From Naegleria gruberi (lineage: Eukaryota), in the NCBI GenBank assembly GCA_000004985.1, contig GG738888.1: 64,000 nucleotides of DNA; one strand, written 5' to 3'. Numbering within the stretch: the first letter of the stretch is position 1; each line of letters starts with the position of its first letter. The notes beneath the pieces were generated by a model, which was not told the DNA's origin, made no database searches, and saw only the letters and a list, made by a program, of their open reading frames with translations. This document shows, one piece after another, positions 42,763 through 55,047 of this stretch. Made by a program: the position numbers and the translations under genes.

Positions 42763-45700
42763 ATGAGTAGAAATCGCAAATCCACCAACACTGAAATCAT
42801 TGAAGATGAGTCCCAATATAAAATCAAAGTCAATGATGATGTTTGGTTACCACTTTCTTCAACAGCTTCAAATACAAGTGAACCTAATACACCAACAACA
42901 CCATCCGTAGTAGATTCTGGTGCTGAAGCTTTCCAATTGGCACGTGTCGTTTCAATTGATGAATCAAAACAAACAGCAGTCTGTGAAAATTCACTTACAA
43001 AACAACAAGAAACTTTTAAATTGACTCAACTCTCACCATCAAATCCACTCAAATTAGATTATGCTTTGGATATGGCCAGTTTATCTCATTTGAATGAACC
43101 ATCTGTATTACACAACCTCAAATTGAGATATACTAGAGATGATATCTATACATATTCTGGCTTGTTCTTGTTGGCTGTAAATCCATATAAGAATTTGCCA
43201 ATCTATACAAATGAGGTGATTAAAAAACACTCTGGAAAGAGGAGAGAAGATGTTGATCCTCACATCTTTACCGTTGCTGATGTTTCCTATAGACAAATGT
43301 TGTTGAATGAGAAGAATCAATCCATGTTGGTTACAGGTGAATCAGGTGCTGGTAAAACTGAATCAGGTATGTTATTTTCAATATTCAATCAGTTTTTTTT
43401 ATATTAATATCTATTCTATTTGATTTAATTACTAATTGTATTTTTTTTACAATATTTTGTAATAATTTTTAACAAATTGTAAAATATTCAATAATACTAC
43501 AGTCAAAAAGATTATTCAATATCTTGCAACTGTTGCTGGTGCAACAAGCCACGCTTCATCAGGAGGTGGTAACTTGGAGCAAAAACTCTTACAAACCAAT
43601 CCATTGTTGGAAGCTTTTGGTAATGCTAAAACTATTAGAAACAACAATTCTTCTCGTTTTGGTAAATTCATTTCCATTGATTTTGGTCTTCAAGGATACA
43701 TTGTTGGTACTAAAATTACTCACTATCTCTTGGAAACCACTCGTGTTATTTCACAAGCTAGTAATGAACGTAACTTCCACTTTTTCTATCAAATTTTAGC
43801 CGATCCAGAATCATGTAAAAAGTACAAACTCACCTCTGGTGTTAATTCATTCCATTTTGTAAATCAATCAGGTTGTACTCACGTTCCTGGTATTGATGAT
43901 AAGAAGGAATTCCAAGATACACTCAATTCTATGCGTGTTATTGGTATTAATGAAGATGAAATTGATGCTTGTTGTAGAGTTATTGCTGCCATTCTTCATT
44001 TTGGTAATATTGAATTCAAGAATAATGAAGATGAATTGTCAACTTTGCCAGATCGTTCATGTTTGGAAGTTGCTGCTGAATTGGTTAAGGTCAATCCAGA
44101 TGGTTTAGCTAAAGGTTTCATGAAACCAGATATTATTACTCCAACTGATCGTATTGAAACTCACGTTACTGCACTTCAAGCTTCTTACAATAGAAATGCT
44201 TTGGTTAAATCAACTTACAATCGTTTGTTTGATTGGCTCGTTTCTCGTATCAATGAAAATTTGATTGCCAGAGAAAGTATCAAGAATTTCATTGGTTTGT
44301 TGGATATTGCTGGTTTTGAAATTTTCGAAAACAACAGTTTCGAACAATTGTGTATCAACTTTACTAACGAAAAATTGCAACAATTCTTCAATCATCACAT
44401 GTTCAAGAAGGAACAAGAAGAATATTTGAAGGAAAAGATTGAATGGACATTTATTGATTTTGGTTTGGACTTGCAACCAACTATTGATTTGATTGAAAAG
44501 CCATTGGGTATCTTGTCAATTTTGGACCAACAAACTTTCATGGCTCAAAAGAATGAAGCTGGTCTCGTTCGTGAAATTACCAAGAATCATGGTACTAAAC
44601 CAATTTTCGAAACTTCCAAGTTTAATGAATTGGAATTCACCTTGAAACACTATGCTGGTAAAGTTATCTATGACACCAATGATTGGTTCAAACGTAACGT
44701 TGATCCATTGAATGATGATTGTAAGAAGGCAATGCTTCAATCCTCAATTCCATTCGTTAAGGCTCTTTACAATAGAGCTTCTGATCGTGAAGAATCTTCA
44801 AACTCTGGTAAGAAGCAACAAGGAGCTGGTACTCGTTTCAAGACTGTATCTGCTCAATACAAGCAACAATTGACTGAATTGATGGAATTACTCGGCTCTA
44901 CTGAACCACACTTTATTCGTTGTATCAAACCAAACAATTTACAAAAGCCAGGTATTGTTGAAGATAACAATGTTCTCCATCAATTGAGATGTAACGGTGT
45001 CTTGGAAGGTATCAGAATTTCAAGAAAGGGTTATCCAGGTAGAATCTTGTACAAGGACTTTGTCAGACGTTATGAATTATTAGTTGAAGATCGTACCAAA
45101 TTACTCTCTGATAAGAATGCCACTGATAAGGAGAGAACCAAGGCAATTTTGGAATATATCGAATTCGAAGAAACCAAGCAATATAAACTTGGTCTCACTA
45201 AGGTCTTTTTGAAGTCCTCACAAGAAGCTGAATTGGAAAGCTTGAGAGAAGTTCAAATTTCAAAGATTATTGGTGTTGCTCAAGCTGCTGCTTTGGCTGG
45301 ATATGAAAGAGCTTGTTACAAAAAGTTACAAAGAAGATTGTTGAGTATCAAGACCATTCAAAGAAACTTCAGAGGTTATACCAAGTTGCGTGAATGGGAT
45401 TGGTGGAAGTTGTTGGCAATTGTCAAGCCACTCTTGAAGGAATTCGCTTCTGAGAAACAAACTGAAAAGTTGAAGCAAGATCTCGTTGATTTGCAAGAAG
45501 CTGTCAAGAGAGAACAAGAAGATAAGAAGAAGATTGAATTGGAAAGACAAAAGATGATTCAAGAACGTGATGTTGCCAAGGAAGCACTCAAAGCAGCTCA
45601 CAATGAATTCGAAAAGGTAACTGCTCAAGTCAGAAGTCTTGAACAAGCTGGATCTGAAAAAGATCAAAACATTCGTTCATTGAAGGATGATGGTGAATAC

Positions 45701-48700
45701 AAACAAAGCACCATCAATGATTTGAACAAAACCATTCAAAATCTTGAAGAAGCTATCAAGGTTATGAATGAAAAGATTCACAATTTGGAACAAGAAGTCA
45801 GATCTAGAGATGTCCAATTGAAACAAAAGCAAACTGATATTCAAAATCGTGAAAATGACATTGAATTTTTGAGAAAGAAGCAAAAGGAATTGGAAGGAAC
45901 TGTTTCTGAATTGGAAAACAAGTTGATCGTCGCTGGTAATGAAGTTTCAAGCAGAGATCAAAAGATCATGTTATTGGGCTGTGAATTGGAAGATGAAAGA
46001 TCAAGACTCACCTCCGAAAATAAGACTAGATCTCTTAAGGAAGAAGATTTGAGAAAGTCTGAACAAGCCAACAAGAAACTCAGCCAAGATATTGAACAAC
46101 TCCAAAAGGAAGTTGAAGATTTGACTTTGGATTTGAACAAGACCAAGGTTGAAAAGACCAATTTGATTGATGACACTGAAAGAAAGCAAAAGCAAATTGA
46201 AGAACTCAATAGAAAGCTTGAAAGTGCTCAACAATCTGCTCGTGACTTGCAATACAAGTTGGATAATGAACAACAAAACTTGAAGAGTTCTGAAACTAAG
46301 GGTAAGAGCTTGTCTGGTGATTTGGAATCTGCCACTTTGAGAATTCAATCATTGACTGAAGAAATTCAAGGTTTGGAAGAAACTGTTGCCACTCAAAAGT
46401 CTCAAATCTCTCAACTTACATCCAAGATTGCTACCTTGGAAGAAGTTGAACTCAGATCTCGTGATGCCAAGATTAGAGAACTTGAAAACAACTTGCAAGA
46501 ACAAAAGCAAAGATTTGAAAATGAACTCAACCTCAAGGTTACTGAATTGCTCAGATTGAAGCAAAAGACTGACCAAGAACGTGTTGAAGCTGAACAAGTT
46601 CAATCCAAGTTGACTCAAGAAAAGAAGGATCTCAATGAAAATGCCAAGAATCTTGAAAAGGAAATCAAGAAGCTCCAAAAGACTATTGATGCCACCAATC
46701 AAGAAAAGAATGACGTTTTGCAAAAGGCTCAAAAGTTAGATTCTGGACTCAACCAAGCCAGTGATGAAAAGGAACAACTCCAAAAGAAGGTTCAAGAACT
46801 CGAGAATACCATCAGACAACTCACTCAAGACAAGAATCGTATTGAATTGGACTTGCAATCCACCAATGAAAAGTTGGGCATGACTTCATCAAAGCTTGAA
46901 CAAGTCACCAATGAATTGAACACTGAAAAGAGACGTGCTGAAAAGCTCGAAAGCGATGTTGAAGATTTGGAAAAGGACAAGAGCTCATTGAATGATCAAT
47001 TGACTAAGGCCAGAACTGAACTCGAAAATGAAAAGTCATCCACCTTAAAGTTGAAGGGCGAACAACAAAAGTTGGCCAACGACATTGAAAATTCCAAGTT
47101 GGAAAAGGTCTCCTTGTCAAAGGATAAGGATGAACTCAACTTTGAATTGAACAGATTGAAGGAAAGATTAACTCAACTCGAAAAGGAGAAGGAAAATGAA
47201 GCTTCCGAAAAGTCTCAAGCTCAAAAGAAGGCTACTTCATTGGCTAAGGAAATTGAAAAGCTCCAACAACGTATTGGTGAATTGGAAAATTCAGTCAAGT
47301 CTGAACAATCATCCAAGAGTGAAGTTGAAGGTGATGCCAAGAAGAAGGACTCAGCTCTCAAGGAAGCTAATGAAGAAATCTCTCATTTGAAGAGCAAGTT
47401 GACTGCTGTTCAACAAGAACACGAATTGGCTAAACGTCAAGTTGATGAAGAAGTCAGAAAGGCTGCTCAAATCAGAAATGAACTCAAGGACGTTCAACTC
47501 AAATCTAAGGATGCTTCTGCTGAAAGAGATGATTTGGAAGATGAAATTTCCAAGTTGACTTCTGAAATCAATGAATTGAACTTGAAGCTCCAAGATGCTG
47601 AAAGAAAGACTTCTGACGAACAAAGAAATGCTCAACAACTCGAAGAAGAAATTGAAAGAATTCGTCAAAATGCCTCCAGATCCAGAGAAGAAGTTGAAAA
47701 TGACAATAGACTCTTGAAGCAACAAATGACCTCTCTCACTCAACAAAGTGAAGGTTTTGGTCGTGAACTCAACGATCAAATTCTCAAGTTGAAGCAAGAA
47801 AACTTAAAGCTCAAGAAGGATTTGAAGAATGCCAAGAAGGAAACTCAACCAACTGATGCTGTCGATTCTCAATTAGTTGAAGGTTTGAAGAGAAAGTACG
47901 AAATTGAAGCATCCAACCTCAAATCACAAATTGAACAATTGAGTCTCTTGAAGCACAATTTGGATAACAAGAATATCACAATTGAACAAGAAAACTTGTT
48001 ACTCAAGGCCAGACTCGAAACTGAAGAAAAGCTCAAGAATAAGTTCAAGTCTCAAAAGGAACATGCCGAAAGAGAAATTGATGAATTGAGAAGTATTGCT
48101 GAAGAAACTGAAGATTTGAGAGATGAATTGATCAAGATGAGATCTGAATACCAATTAACCATTAGCAAGTTGCAATCTGAACTTTCTGATGAAAAGGAAA
48201 GATATAACACTTTGGATAAGGTTCTCTTACAAACTCGTAAGGATTTGGATCAAGTTAAACTCGATTTGGTTAGTGAACGTAAAAAGTTGGATCTTGGAAG
48301 TCTTTCTGCCAAGCAACATTACGAAATGGAAATGGCCAATCTCAATCAACTTATCCAAGAATTGAGAAAGGACAAGGTTGACTTGGTCAAGCAAGAAAAG
48401 AAGACTGCTCAAAAACTTGCCGATTTGAAACGTGATTTGCAAGAAGAAATTTCATCCAAGCAAGAATTTGAAAAGAGAGCTTCCAAAGCTGAACGTGAAT
48501 CTCGTTTGTCCAACTTGAATTTACAAGAAAGTGAAACCAAGTATAGACGTGTTGAATCTGAAAAGAAGAGACTTGAATTGGAAGATACCATGAATCGTGA
48601 TCAAATCAAACAACTTGAAAATGAAATTGATAGTTTGAGAACTCAATTGAGACAAGAAAAGATCAAGTCTTCTGCCAAGACTGAAAAGAAGAAGAGAAAG

Positions 48701-48817
48701 AATCAAGTCAAGAAGGTTCTTGCTGATTTGGAAGATGATTTGCAAAGTGGATTATTGAAGGAAGATGATGAAACTGTTGCTGCTGATTCATCTGCTCCAG
48801 TTGAAGCTGAAGAATAA
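42763..48817 (+). CDS. mhcA: Myosin II heavy chain (conventional myosin), 2 exons, ~1972 aa
   Basis: True ATG at 42763 (the track start at 42706 is not ATG). Exon 1 (42763..43366) ends inside the P-loop GESGAGKTES. The 136-nt AT-rich intron at 43367..43502 runs GTATGT...TACAG. Exon 2 (43503..48817) continues VKKIIQYLATVAG. It contains LEAFGNAKTIRNNNSSRFGKF, FNHHMFKKEQEEYLKEKIEWTFIDFGLD, IQ motifs, and a >1100 aa heptad-repeat coiled-coil tail. The head is most similar to Dictyostelium mhcA. Confidence 0.92.
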
Positions 48818-48908
48818 ATTATTTTAAAATTATATTTCACACATCTTGCAAACTCCATGATAACTTGCTTATTAGAAAAGAAGTTGTGATGTTTCCTTAA
48901 TTCGTTTA

Positions 48909-50033
48909 TTAATTTTTCAAAATGAAATCTCTGAGACGATTTTGGCTAGATGAAAAGGATAAACAAGATACAAGGGATTCACAATTTTGTCTACGATCCC
49001 AAATGTATGGACACAAGTCACGGAGAACATGGTCCTTATTACTATCGTGTGCAAATGATCTTACAAGTGAACATGCAGTGGAACAATCCATTGTTGCAAT
49101 ATTATTGGTTTTCTTCAATTGTTGCACGGCTTTTACCTTGTCAGATTCGAATCCAAACAATGAAATAACTCGGATGAGATCACTACCGGCCATTGGAGAA
49201 ACTTGGGATGTGGAATATGTTACAACAATCTTCATCTTGTCACTATCAAAACTCTTGCCTTGGCAAGCATTAATAATTGTATTAGCAAGTGAGCTAGTTG
49301 ATGTTATTGACATTGGTTGGACATAAACTTGAGGTTGAACAAATGGCTGTGGTTGAGAGAATGGTTGTGGTTGACCAAAAGGTTGAGGTTGTCCAAATGG
49401 CTGTGGTTGACCAAAAGGTTGTGGTGGAGGATAATTCATTGGAGGAGGATTATAGACAGAGGTTGTGGTTGGTGGAATAATTGTACTTGGAGTTGTGAAT
49501 GAAACATTAATACCAGAATTTCCAATAGAAATACCATATCCAGTATTCAGAGTTGGTTGTATTGATGGAGGAGTCATAAGACATCTAAAAACATCACCAT
49601 TCGAAAGTGGAATATTTTTCATGTCAAATGTTTCAGATTTCACAGGATATGGATTTCCTTGAAATTGAACATAAATGGTATGCTTATTTGAAGAGACATC
49701 TTTGGCAACATAAAACTCTGCATTTCTTCCATCTTGTTGATTTCTCATAATGAAATATCCAGCATGTGGACAAGAAGTGATTGACCAAGCTTTTCCAGAA
49801 TTTTCAGTATAAGTAGTATTGAGAGTTTGTTGATTCATCATTCCTGAGGCCATCATTCCTGAACTCAATCCATACACATTATAAACACTTGGTTGAGCAA
49901 AATTTGAATTCGATGAAACTCTATAAAAGTTATCACCCATTCCATACAGAGTATTTCCATCAGGACTAGAAGTTAATCTCCAATGTAAATTTCCATCAAA
50001 TGTAATATGAATCACCCAATCACTCGGACCCAT
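48909..50033 (-). CDS. Hypothetical protein with a central (PQPFGQ)n repeat and a C-terminal DUF4476-like domain (~374 aa)
   Basis: The first real ATG is at 50033 (MGPSDWVIH...). The track start at 50057 is TTG and is preceded by an in-frame TGA. It has 5 tandem PQPFGQ hexapeptides. The C-terminal ~120 aa (FDSDKMKIVVTYSTS...LIRVISLFGFESDKVKAVQQL...LSFSSSQNRLRDFI) fit the DUF4476 pattern. Confidence 0.55.
   Translation of the reverse strand: MGPSDWVIHITFDGNLHWRLTSSPDGNTLYGMGDNFYRVSSNSNFAQPSVYNVYGLSSGMMASGMMNQQTLNTTYTENSGKAWSITSCPHAGYFIMRNQQDGRNAEFYVAKDVSSNKHTIYVQFQGNPYPVKSETFDMKNIPLSNGDVFRCLMTPPSIQPTLNTGYGISIGNSGINVSFTTPSTIIPPTTTSVYNPPPMNYPPPQPFGQPQPFGQPQPFGQPQPFSQPQPFVQPQVYVQPMSITSTSSLANTIINACQGKSFDSDKMKIVVTYSTSQVSPMAGSDLIRVISLFGFESDKVKAVQQLKKTNNIATMDCSTACSLVRSFAHDSNKDHVLRDLCPYIWDRRQNCESLVSCLSFSSSQNRLRDFILKN
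49321..49425 (-). repeat. 18-nt tandem repeat encoding (PQPFGQ)x5 inside the CDS
   Basis: tggttgaccaaaaggttg units are repeated on the plus strand. On the minus strand they translate to PQPFGQPQPFGQPQPFGQPQPFSQPQPF. Confidence 0.85.
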
Positions 50034-50558
50034 CGGAGCAGATTTAGTTGATATCAATGTACCAGTCGCAATTCACCTGTTCCCTCTTGCACCCACTGAA
50101 AGGTATTGTAATTTTGTGTCGAGTGCCAAATTCTACCGCTTCCTTCTCTCCATGAACCGCCAATAATTGGTGTTACGTTGCCCATTTTTTCTTTTTCTTT
50201 TTAAATTGTGATGATCAAATGATTTGGAGGCTTTTTTTTAAAGTTTTAAAAGGTTACCTTGGAAGCAAAATTGAGGAGATTGATGTTACAAGTTTATGTT
50301 ATCATGGTTTGGAGTTGTAATGAAGTGAAAAATGTTGAAAGTGGACTCGTAATTGATCAAGAGGTTGAGTTGTAGAGATGATGATCTGGAACAATTTTCA
50401 TGGCAGCTAGATCATTATCTATTAAACAAATTTTTTGGTGGGAAAAAACTGTCAAATGTCGTGAGAGTGTGAAGAAAATATCACAAACAGCTAAATCTAA
50501 TAACACAATTCCAACAAATTATTTAAAAAAGTATTTATTCTAAACTAGCATCATCAAA

Positions 50559-50798
50559 TTATTGAGAAGCTTGATAGATCTTGAAACCCCACCAGATTGA
50601 CCAGAACCAACCGATCAAGAAATAGGCCAAGATGAATTGGAGAATACCAACAATAATAGCTGGAGTCTTCTTTTCAGCTTCTTGAGTCAAAACACCGGCA
50701 ATGACGGTACCCCAACCTGGGAAGAAAATGTTCAAAATCAAAACGATCAAACCCATAGAGGATTCAACCTTTGGAGTGGAGTTGTTAATCATGTCCAT
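50559..50798 (-). CDS. Small two-TM membrane protein (79 aa), possibly SPEC3/Stum-like
   Basis: ATG-initiated ORF with two hydrophobic helices (LIVLILNIFFPGWGTVIAGVL and IIVGILQFILAYFLIGWFWSIWWGF). The Trp-rich GW.WSIWWG tail resembles the SPEC3/Stum family. The family assignment is tentative. Confidence 0.45.
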   Translation of the reverse strand: MDMINNSTPKVESSMGLIVLILNIFFPGWGTVIAGVLTQEAEKKTPAIIVGILQFILAYFLIGWFWSIWWGFKIYQASQ

Positions 50799-51412
50799 CT
50801 TGTTGTATGAAGTAGTTGTGTTGTTTGTTTTTTTTTAACGCAAAAATTTCTCTTCAACTCGCCGCGTTTTTATGAGCCAATGAAGGTCAAAGAAGTTGAA
50901 AAGTTGGCAAGAGTTCAACTGGATGATAAATGGCGGGAAAAAATCACGCAACTCAAAAATGAACGGCAACAGAAAAAATTCCATCTGTGGCATTTGGCTG
51001 ATGACAGGACTGTTTTTGATTACACAGAAAAGGACAGTAGATTTTTCAAATCTCTTTCATAGATGATTTTTTTGTACTGTAGATGGTGTTTGGGTGATAT
51101 TGTAATGAATTACGGTTATTGGAAAGGTTGGTAGAAAGTGGAAGAAAGGTAAGTTACATTATCTCATTGTTGTGTAGAGCTTCTCAAAGGTCTGTATGAA
51201 TGCGAAATGTGATGTTATCTAGTATGGAATCGGAAGAGGTCACCACTTGTGTTGAACATGGTTACAAAGTTCGTTGTAAAAAACATGGAACCTCTACAGT
51301 AAAATTATTGATCACTGTGTTAATTGGATTCTAATTGTAACACAACTACAATAAACTTGTGTTCCATTCCTTGAATACGTTAGTTAATTAGAAACCGTTT
51401 AGTTTCGAACAA

Positions 51413-53836
51413 CTACAGTGTATCAACAACATCCCTCTTTCTATTTTGTGCAAAGAACAAATTCCTATGGAGTGTAACTTCATTTCGTTCAACAATGAAA
51501 CTCTTCTTGACCACCAACAAGGAATTCGATTGAGAGATAATTTCTTCTACTGAACATTTGCTTGGTTTGATCACAAACTCTTCGAGTGCTAGTGATTTCT
51601 TCGTGGTTCCTCTTGTTACTTGCTTGTAAAGAGGGGTGTGAATATTTGGATAGTTTTCTTTGAATTCATTGAGTAGGTCGAGTGCTGTCTTTCCTCTGGA
51701 ATTTTTCACAATGTCAAATTTCAATCCTCTTGCAATTAAAATGCTCATAACGTCCTCTAGAGCATAATGTGTTTTGCTCAAGATTTGTTGAGTGCATAAT
51801 CGAATGAGAAAATGTGAAATGTCGTCTCCCTCCTCTCCACCATACCATTGAAATCCTCCTGTTATTCTTGGAATATTTGAACTTTCTAATTTGAAATGAA
51901 TTGAATTATCCTTATTAAGAATAGTAATGTGAATAAGCTTGGGATGATTTTCGGTTGAGTAATCAAATCCAATTACGTTAGCATCTGATTTTAAATGTCT
52001 TTCGTCTTTTGATTTTAGTAAGAAATACATTATTCTGTTGAAACCTAAATTATCAAAGTAACCAGAAATGTTGATCGTAGGAGATTCGTTCCATTCAGCA
52101 ATAGAGGATAATAAATCTCTGTATAAATTAGTGCAGGAGTGAAGAAGAAAGGTACCATTATGATCTGGTGTCAGTAATATTTCTTCAGCTGATAAATTTG
52201 GAAGTACATTTTGTATGTCCAAATAATCAAACTTTGTAAAATAATGAATTAAATGCTTTCCATTTCGATCTCTGTAATCAATGTCTTGGTAAATTGAATA
52301 ATCAATTGTTGGATTAATTACTCCGGCTACTGCATAAAGAATAGCCAAATCAACTTCAAATCCATCCAATAATTTAAATGATCGAATACCATTAATTAAT
52401 TTCTCTATAGATTTAAAATGAAATATTTTAGTGAGTGGCTGGAATTTGAAATGATTCCATTCATTGGCAACAGCTATTTCTACTGGAGTTAATCCAAAAT
52501 TATTTTCTTCTTGTTCCAATTTATACAAAATATCATTGGGAATGTTTTTGGAAAATTGAGTGTCAGAATAAGTAAAATAATTAGAGCTGTTTCTATTATT
52601 TGTAAAAAAGTAGTGTAAAAAGTTGTTTCCATAAATATCCTTCATCATTATTTGTTGTAAAGTCATTGGTTTATCTTGGTTCTTTTGCATTAAAGGTGTC
52701 ACACCAAATACATCAGGGTTATCCAACGTGTCAAAACAAGAGGTTAAACCCAAATACGAAAAGCAATACTTTCCAATTTTGCTAAATCTGTTGACGAGTT
52801 CAGATTCACTTATTTCATCAGTGGGAAATAGTATACATCTTTTTACATCAAATTTAATAAATGGATATTTGTCAAGAATTTTCAATTGTTCCAACACTAT
52901 CCCCTTAACAATAAAAATTTTAAATTCTGGATATTTCAAATAAATTAGACATAAAATATCCAAAATGTTGTTACTCAGTCCTCCGGAAAATATAGATAAT
53001 ACTATATTCCAATAATGTTCAAAATATCCAATATCAATATCAATATTGTTAATGATGAATTTACAAGTATCAATTCTCTGAAAATATATTGAATAGGCAA
53101 GGATTATTTCTACATGAAATGGTCTCTTTCCCATTAATTTTGAAGCTTTTTTCAAGTATTCAATTTCTTCCATTTCTGTAGGAAAATTAGCACCAATACT
53201 TCTTGGAGCAAGTCCTCCAGATTCCATGAATAAATTTTGTTCATAAATACATGAGATGGTGCTTTGAACTAATGGATAATTCGAAACTAAATATTTCACA
53301 TTTTTAAATATCTTTTTTAATGGAATATTTCCTCCTCTCTTAGTCCAATAATTCTTTCCAAATGGAGCAAAACAGCTCACATACACCACTCTATCAAAAA
53401 CATTTTCATATCTTGTCTTGATTCTTTCCAATACTTTGTGTACATAATTATTATCTTGCAAACACTCCTCCGTATACAGGTTTTGGACACTCCTAATCAA
53501 TGTAAGAGATTCAAAATACGATCTATCAATTGGATATCTTGCCCAATTCTTCTTGTCTCCATTAATCATTTGTAGTTTAATTTCCATCGGTTGAAACGAC
53601 ACAAAGGCTTCATAAAAAGATTTACAAGTAATACACAGTGGTTCCCAAGAGTTGTATTCCGATAATCCATCATCCGAATACTCCAAATCCATCACCTCAT
53701 TAAAATCATCAATTTCCCATCCACGAACATTTGTAAAATCCAACACTGCTAATTTTCGAAGTCGGAAAATATCACGAAAATAATCCAAGTAACTGAAAAT
53801 GTGATGAAGGTTTTCGGGTGGAAGTTTGTTAATCAT
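51413..53836 (-). CDS. F-box-like N-terminus plus ankyrin-repeat-like hypothetical protein (~807 aa)
   Basis: Real ATG at 53836 (MINKLPPENLHHIFSYLDYF, F-box-like); the track start at 53872 is TTG. It has an 800-aa uninterrupted ORF with several ankyrin-like G-(x)-TPL/FLH segments (GVTPLMQ, GNNFLHYF, GLTPVEIAV, GKHLIHYF, GTFLLHSC, GKTALDLL). Confidence 0.6.
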   Translation of the reverse strand: MINKLPPENLHHIFSYLDYFRDIFRLRKLAVLDFTNVRGWEIDDFNEVMDLEYSDDGLSEYNSWEPLCITCKSFYEAFVSFQPMEIKLQMINGDKKNWARYPIDRSYFESLTLIRSVQNLYTEECLQDNNYVHKVLERIKTRYENVFDRVVYVSCFAPFGKNYWTKRGGNIPLKKIFKNVKYLVSNYPLVQSTISCIYEQNLFMESGGLAPRSIGANFPTEMEEIEYLKKASKLMGKRPFHVEIILAYSIYFQRIDTCKFIINNIDIDIGYFEHYWNIVLSIFSGGLSNNILDILCLIYLKYPEFKIFIVKGIVLEQLKILDKYPFIKFDVKRCILFPTDEISESELVNRFSKIGKYCFSYLGLTSCFDTLDNPDVFGVTPLMQKNQDKPMTLQQIMMKDIYGNNFLHYFFTNNRNSSNYFTYSDTQFSKNIPNDILYKLEQEENNFGLTPVEIAVANEWNHFKFQPLTKIFHFKSIEKLINGIRSFKLLDGFEVDLAILYAVAGVINPTIDYSIYQDIDYRDRNGKHLIHYFTKFDYLDIQNVLPNLSAEEILLTPDHNGTFLLHSCTNLYRDLLSSIAEWNESPTINISGYFDNLGFNRIMYFLLKSKDERHLKSDANVIGFDYSTENHPKLIHITILNKDNSIHFKLESSNIPRITGGFQWYGGEEGDDISHFLIRLCTQQILSKTHYALEDVMSILIARGLKFDIVKNSRGKTALDLLNEFKENYPNIHTPLYKQVTRGTTKKSLALEEFVIKPSKCSVEEIISQSNSLLVVKKSFIVERNEVTLHRNLFFAQNRKRDVVDTL

Positions 53837-55047
53837 TTTTTTTTGTAATTCGTCTTTAAAAAAATACAACAACTGTTTGAGGGAAACAGTTAGCGTCTTT
53901 GGCTAGAGGCCAGGTGCTAGCAGCACAGAGGTTGATCAACTACCAAAACTTGAGCATCGGGTTTAGAAGTCAGAGCAAATCGCGTACTCATATTAGCATG
54001 GAGGGTAATATAGTACAACTACCTTACGGTTCAAAGGTTTAAAGTAGATTTGGGTTGATCAATATGGGCAAAAATAAAATAGCTAAGGTAATAGGAGAAG
54101 TGGAGAGTAATGATTTAATTATGAAAAGAATTTGAATGTATTGTAAAACGAAAACACATTGGTTCGTTGATATTGGTGAAGAATTAATTATTAGCATAAG
54201 ACTTCCTGGTTAACTCTTATAACATCTTTATTAAGTGTATTCCTATTTATGGATAATCAAAAGGTTTAGTTTCGTTCCAAATCAAGCTTGAAGGCTAGGC
54301 GATAACTCCAATGTCTCTACAAAAGTCCCCTTCATTTTAAATAATGATGTATCTGTGAAAGAAGCGCTGCTTCCTGCGAACTGTTTACAATTGGAGATCA
54401 TTGACTTCACGTCTTTGAAGCAGGAATCTGAATAGATTCGTATTGTAAACGTAATAAAACATTACCAGATTTTTTTTTGTAATTTTTAAAGCTGCATTAT
54501 TTAAAGTTTCAATGTTATTAAAGAATTCGAAACTTAGTGTCAAGATTGAATTCTTTTATTAAGGGATTAACATCACTTGTTGAGTGGTGATTTCCATGAT
54601 TGAGAAGATGGAAAGTGTAACTTTAGTTTTTCAGCATTTGTCTGAACAAAAGTTTTTACAAAAGAGAGTTCTTCCCATTATTGACCAAGAGGTCTACACT
54701 TTTGGAAATGAGTAAAGAATAGAATAGCAGAGACGAAACCGTCATTGTCATACATTGGAACAACTGGTAAAAGAGTCAAACTTCTCTTTGTCATTGTTGG
54801 ATGATTTAGTAAATTGATAGGATATTTGTTGAGCTTGTGTTTCTGTGAGTGGAATCTCAACAGGTCTTTGACTATATCTAAATCAAACGATCACCAATTA
54901 AACCTCCAGAATGATCAAAAGCTCCAGAACATGCAAAGGAAGGATCACGAGTTGCAGTTTCAATTTGATTGCACAACAGAAACAATCAAGACTATTAGCA
55001 AACTGATGGTCTATTACAATGAGTTTACTATTTTACAATTAATTTAC

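Noticed and set aside
43893-48745. Numerous 60-150 aa ORFs inside and antisense to the myosin tail (e.g. 45326..45667, 46001..46348, 46349..46732, 47351..47797)
   Set aside because: They are low-complexity Leu/Phe/Ser-rich antisense readings of the GAA/AAG-rich coiled-coil coding sequence. The sense frame is an uninterrupted, well-conserved myosin.
50033-50200. An intron joining the upstream MGNVTP... ORF to the PQPFGQ-repeat gene
   Set aside because: I tested all GT donors against the single available AG acceptor (ccgag at ~50021). Every combination is out of phase or retains the in-frame TGA. I kept it as a uORF or indel question instead.
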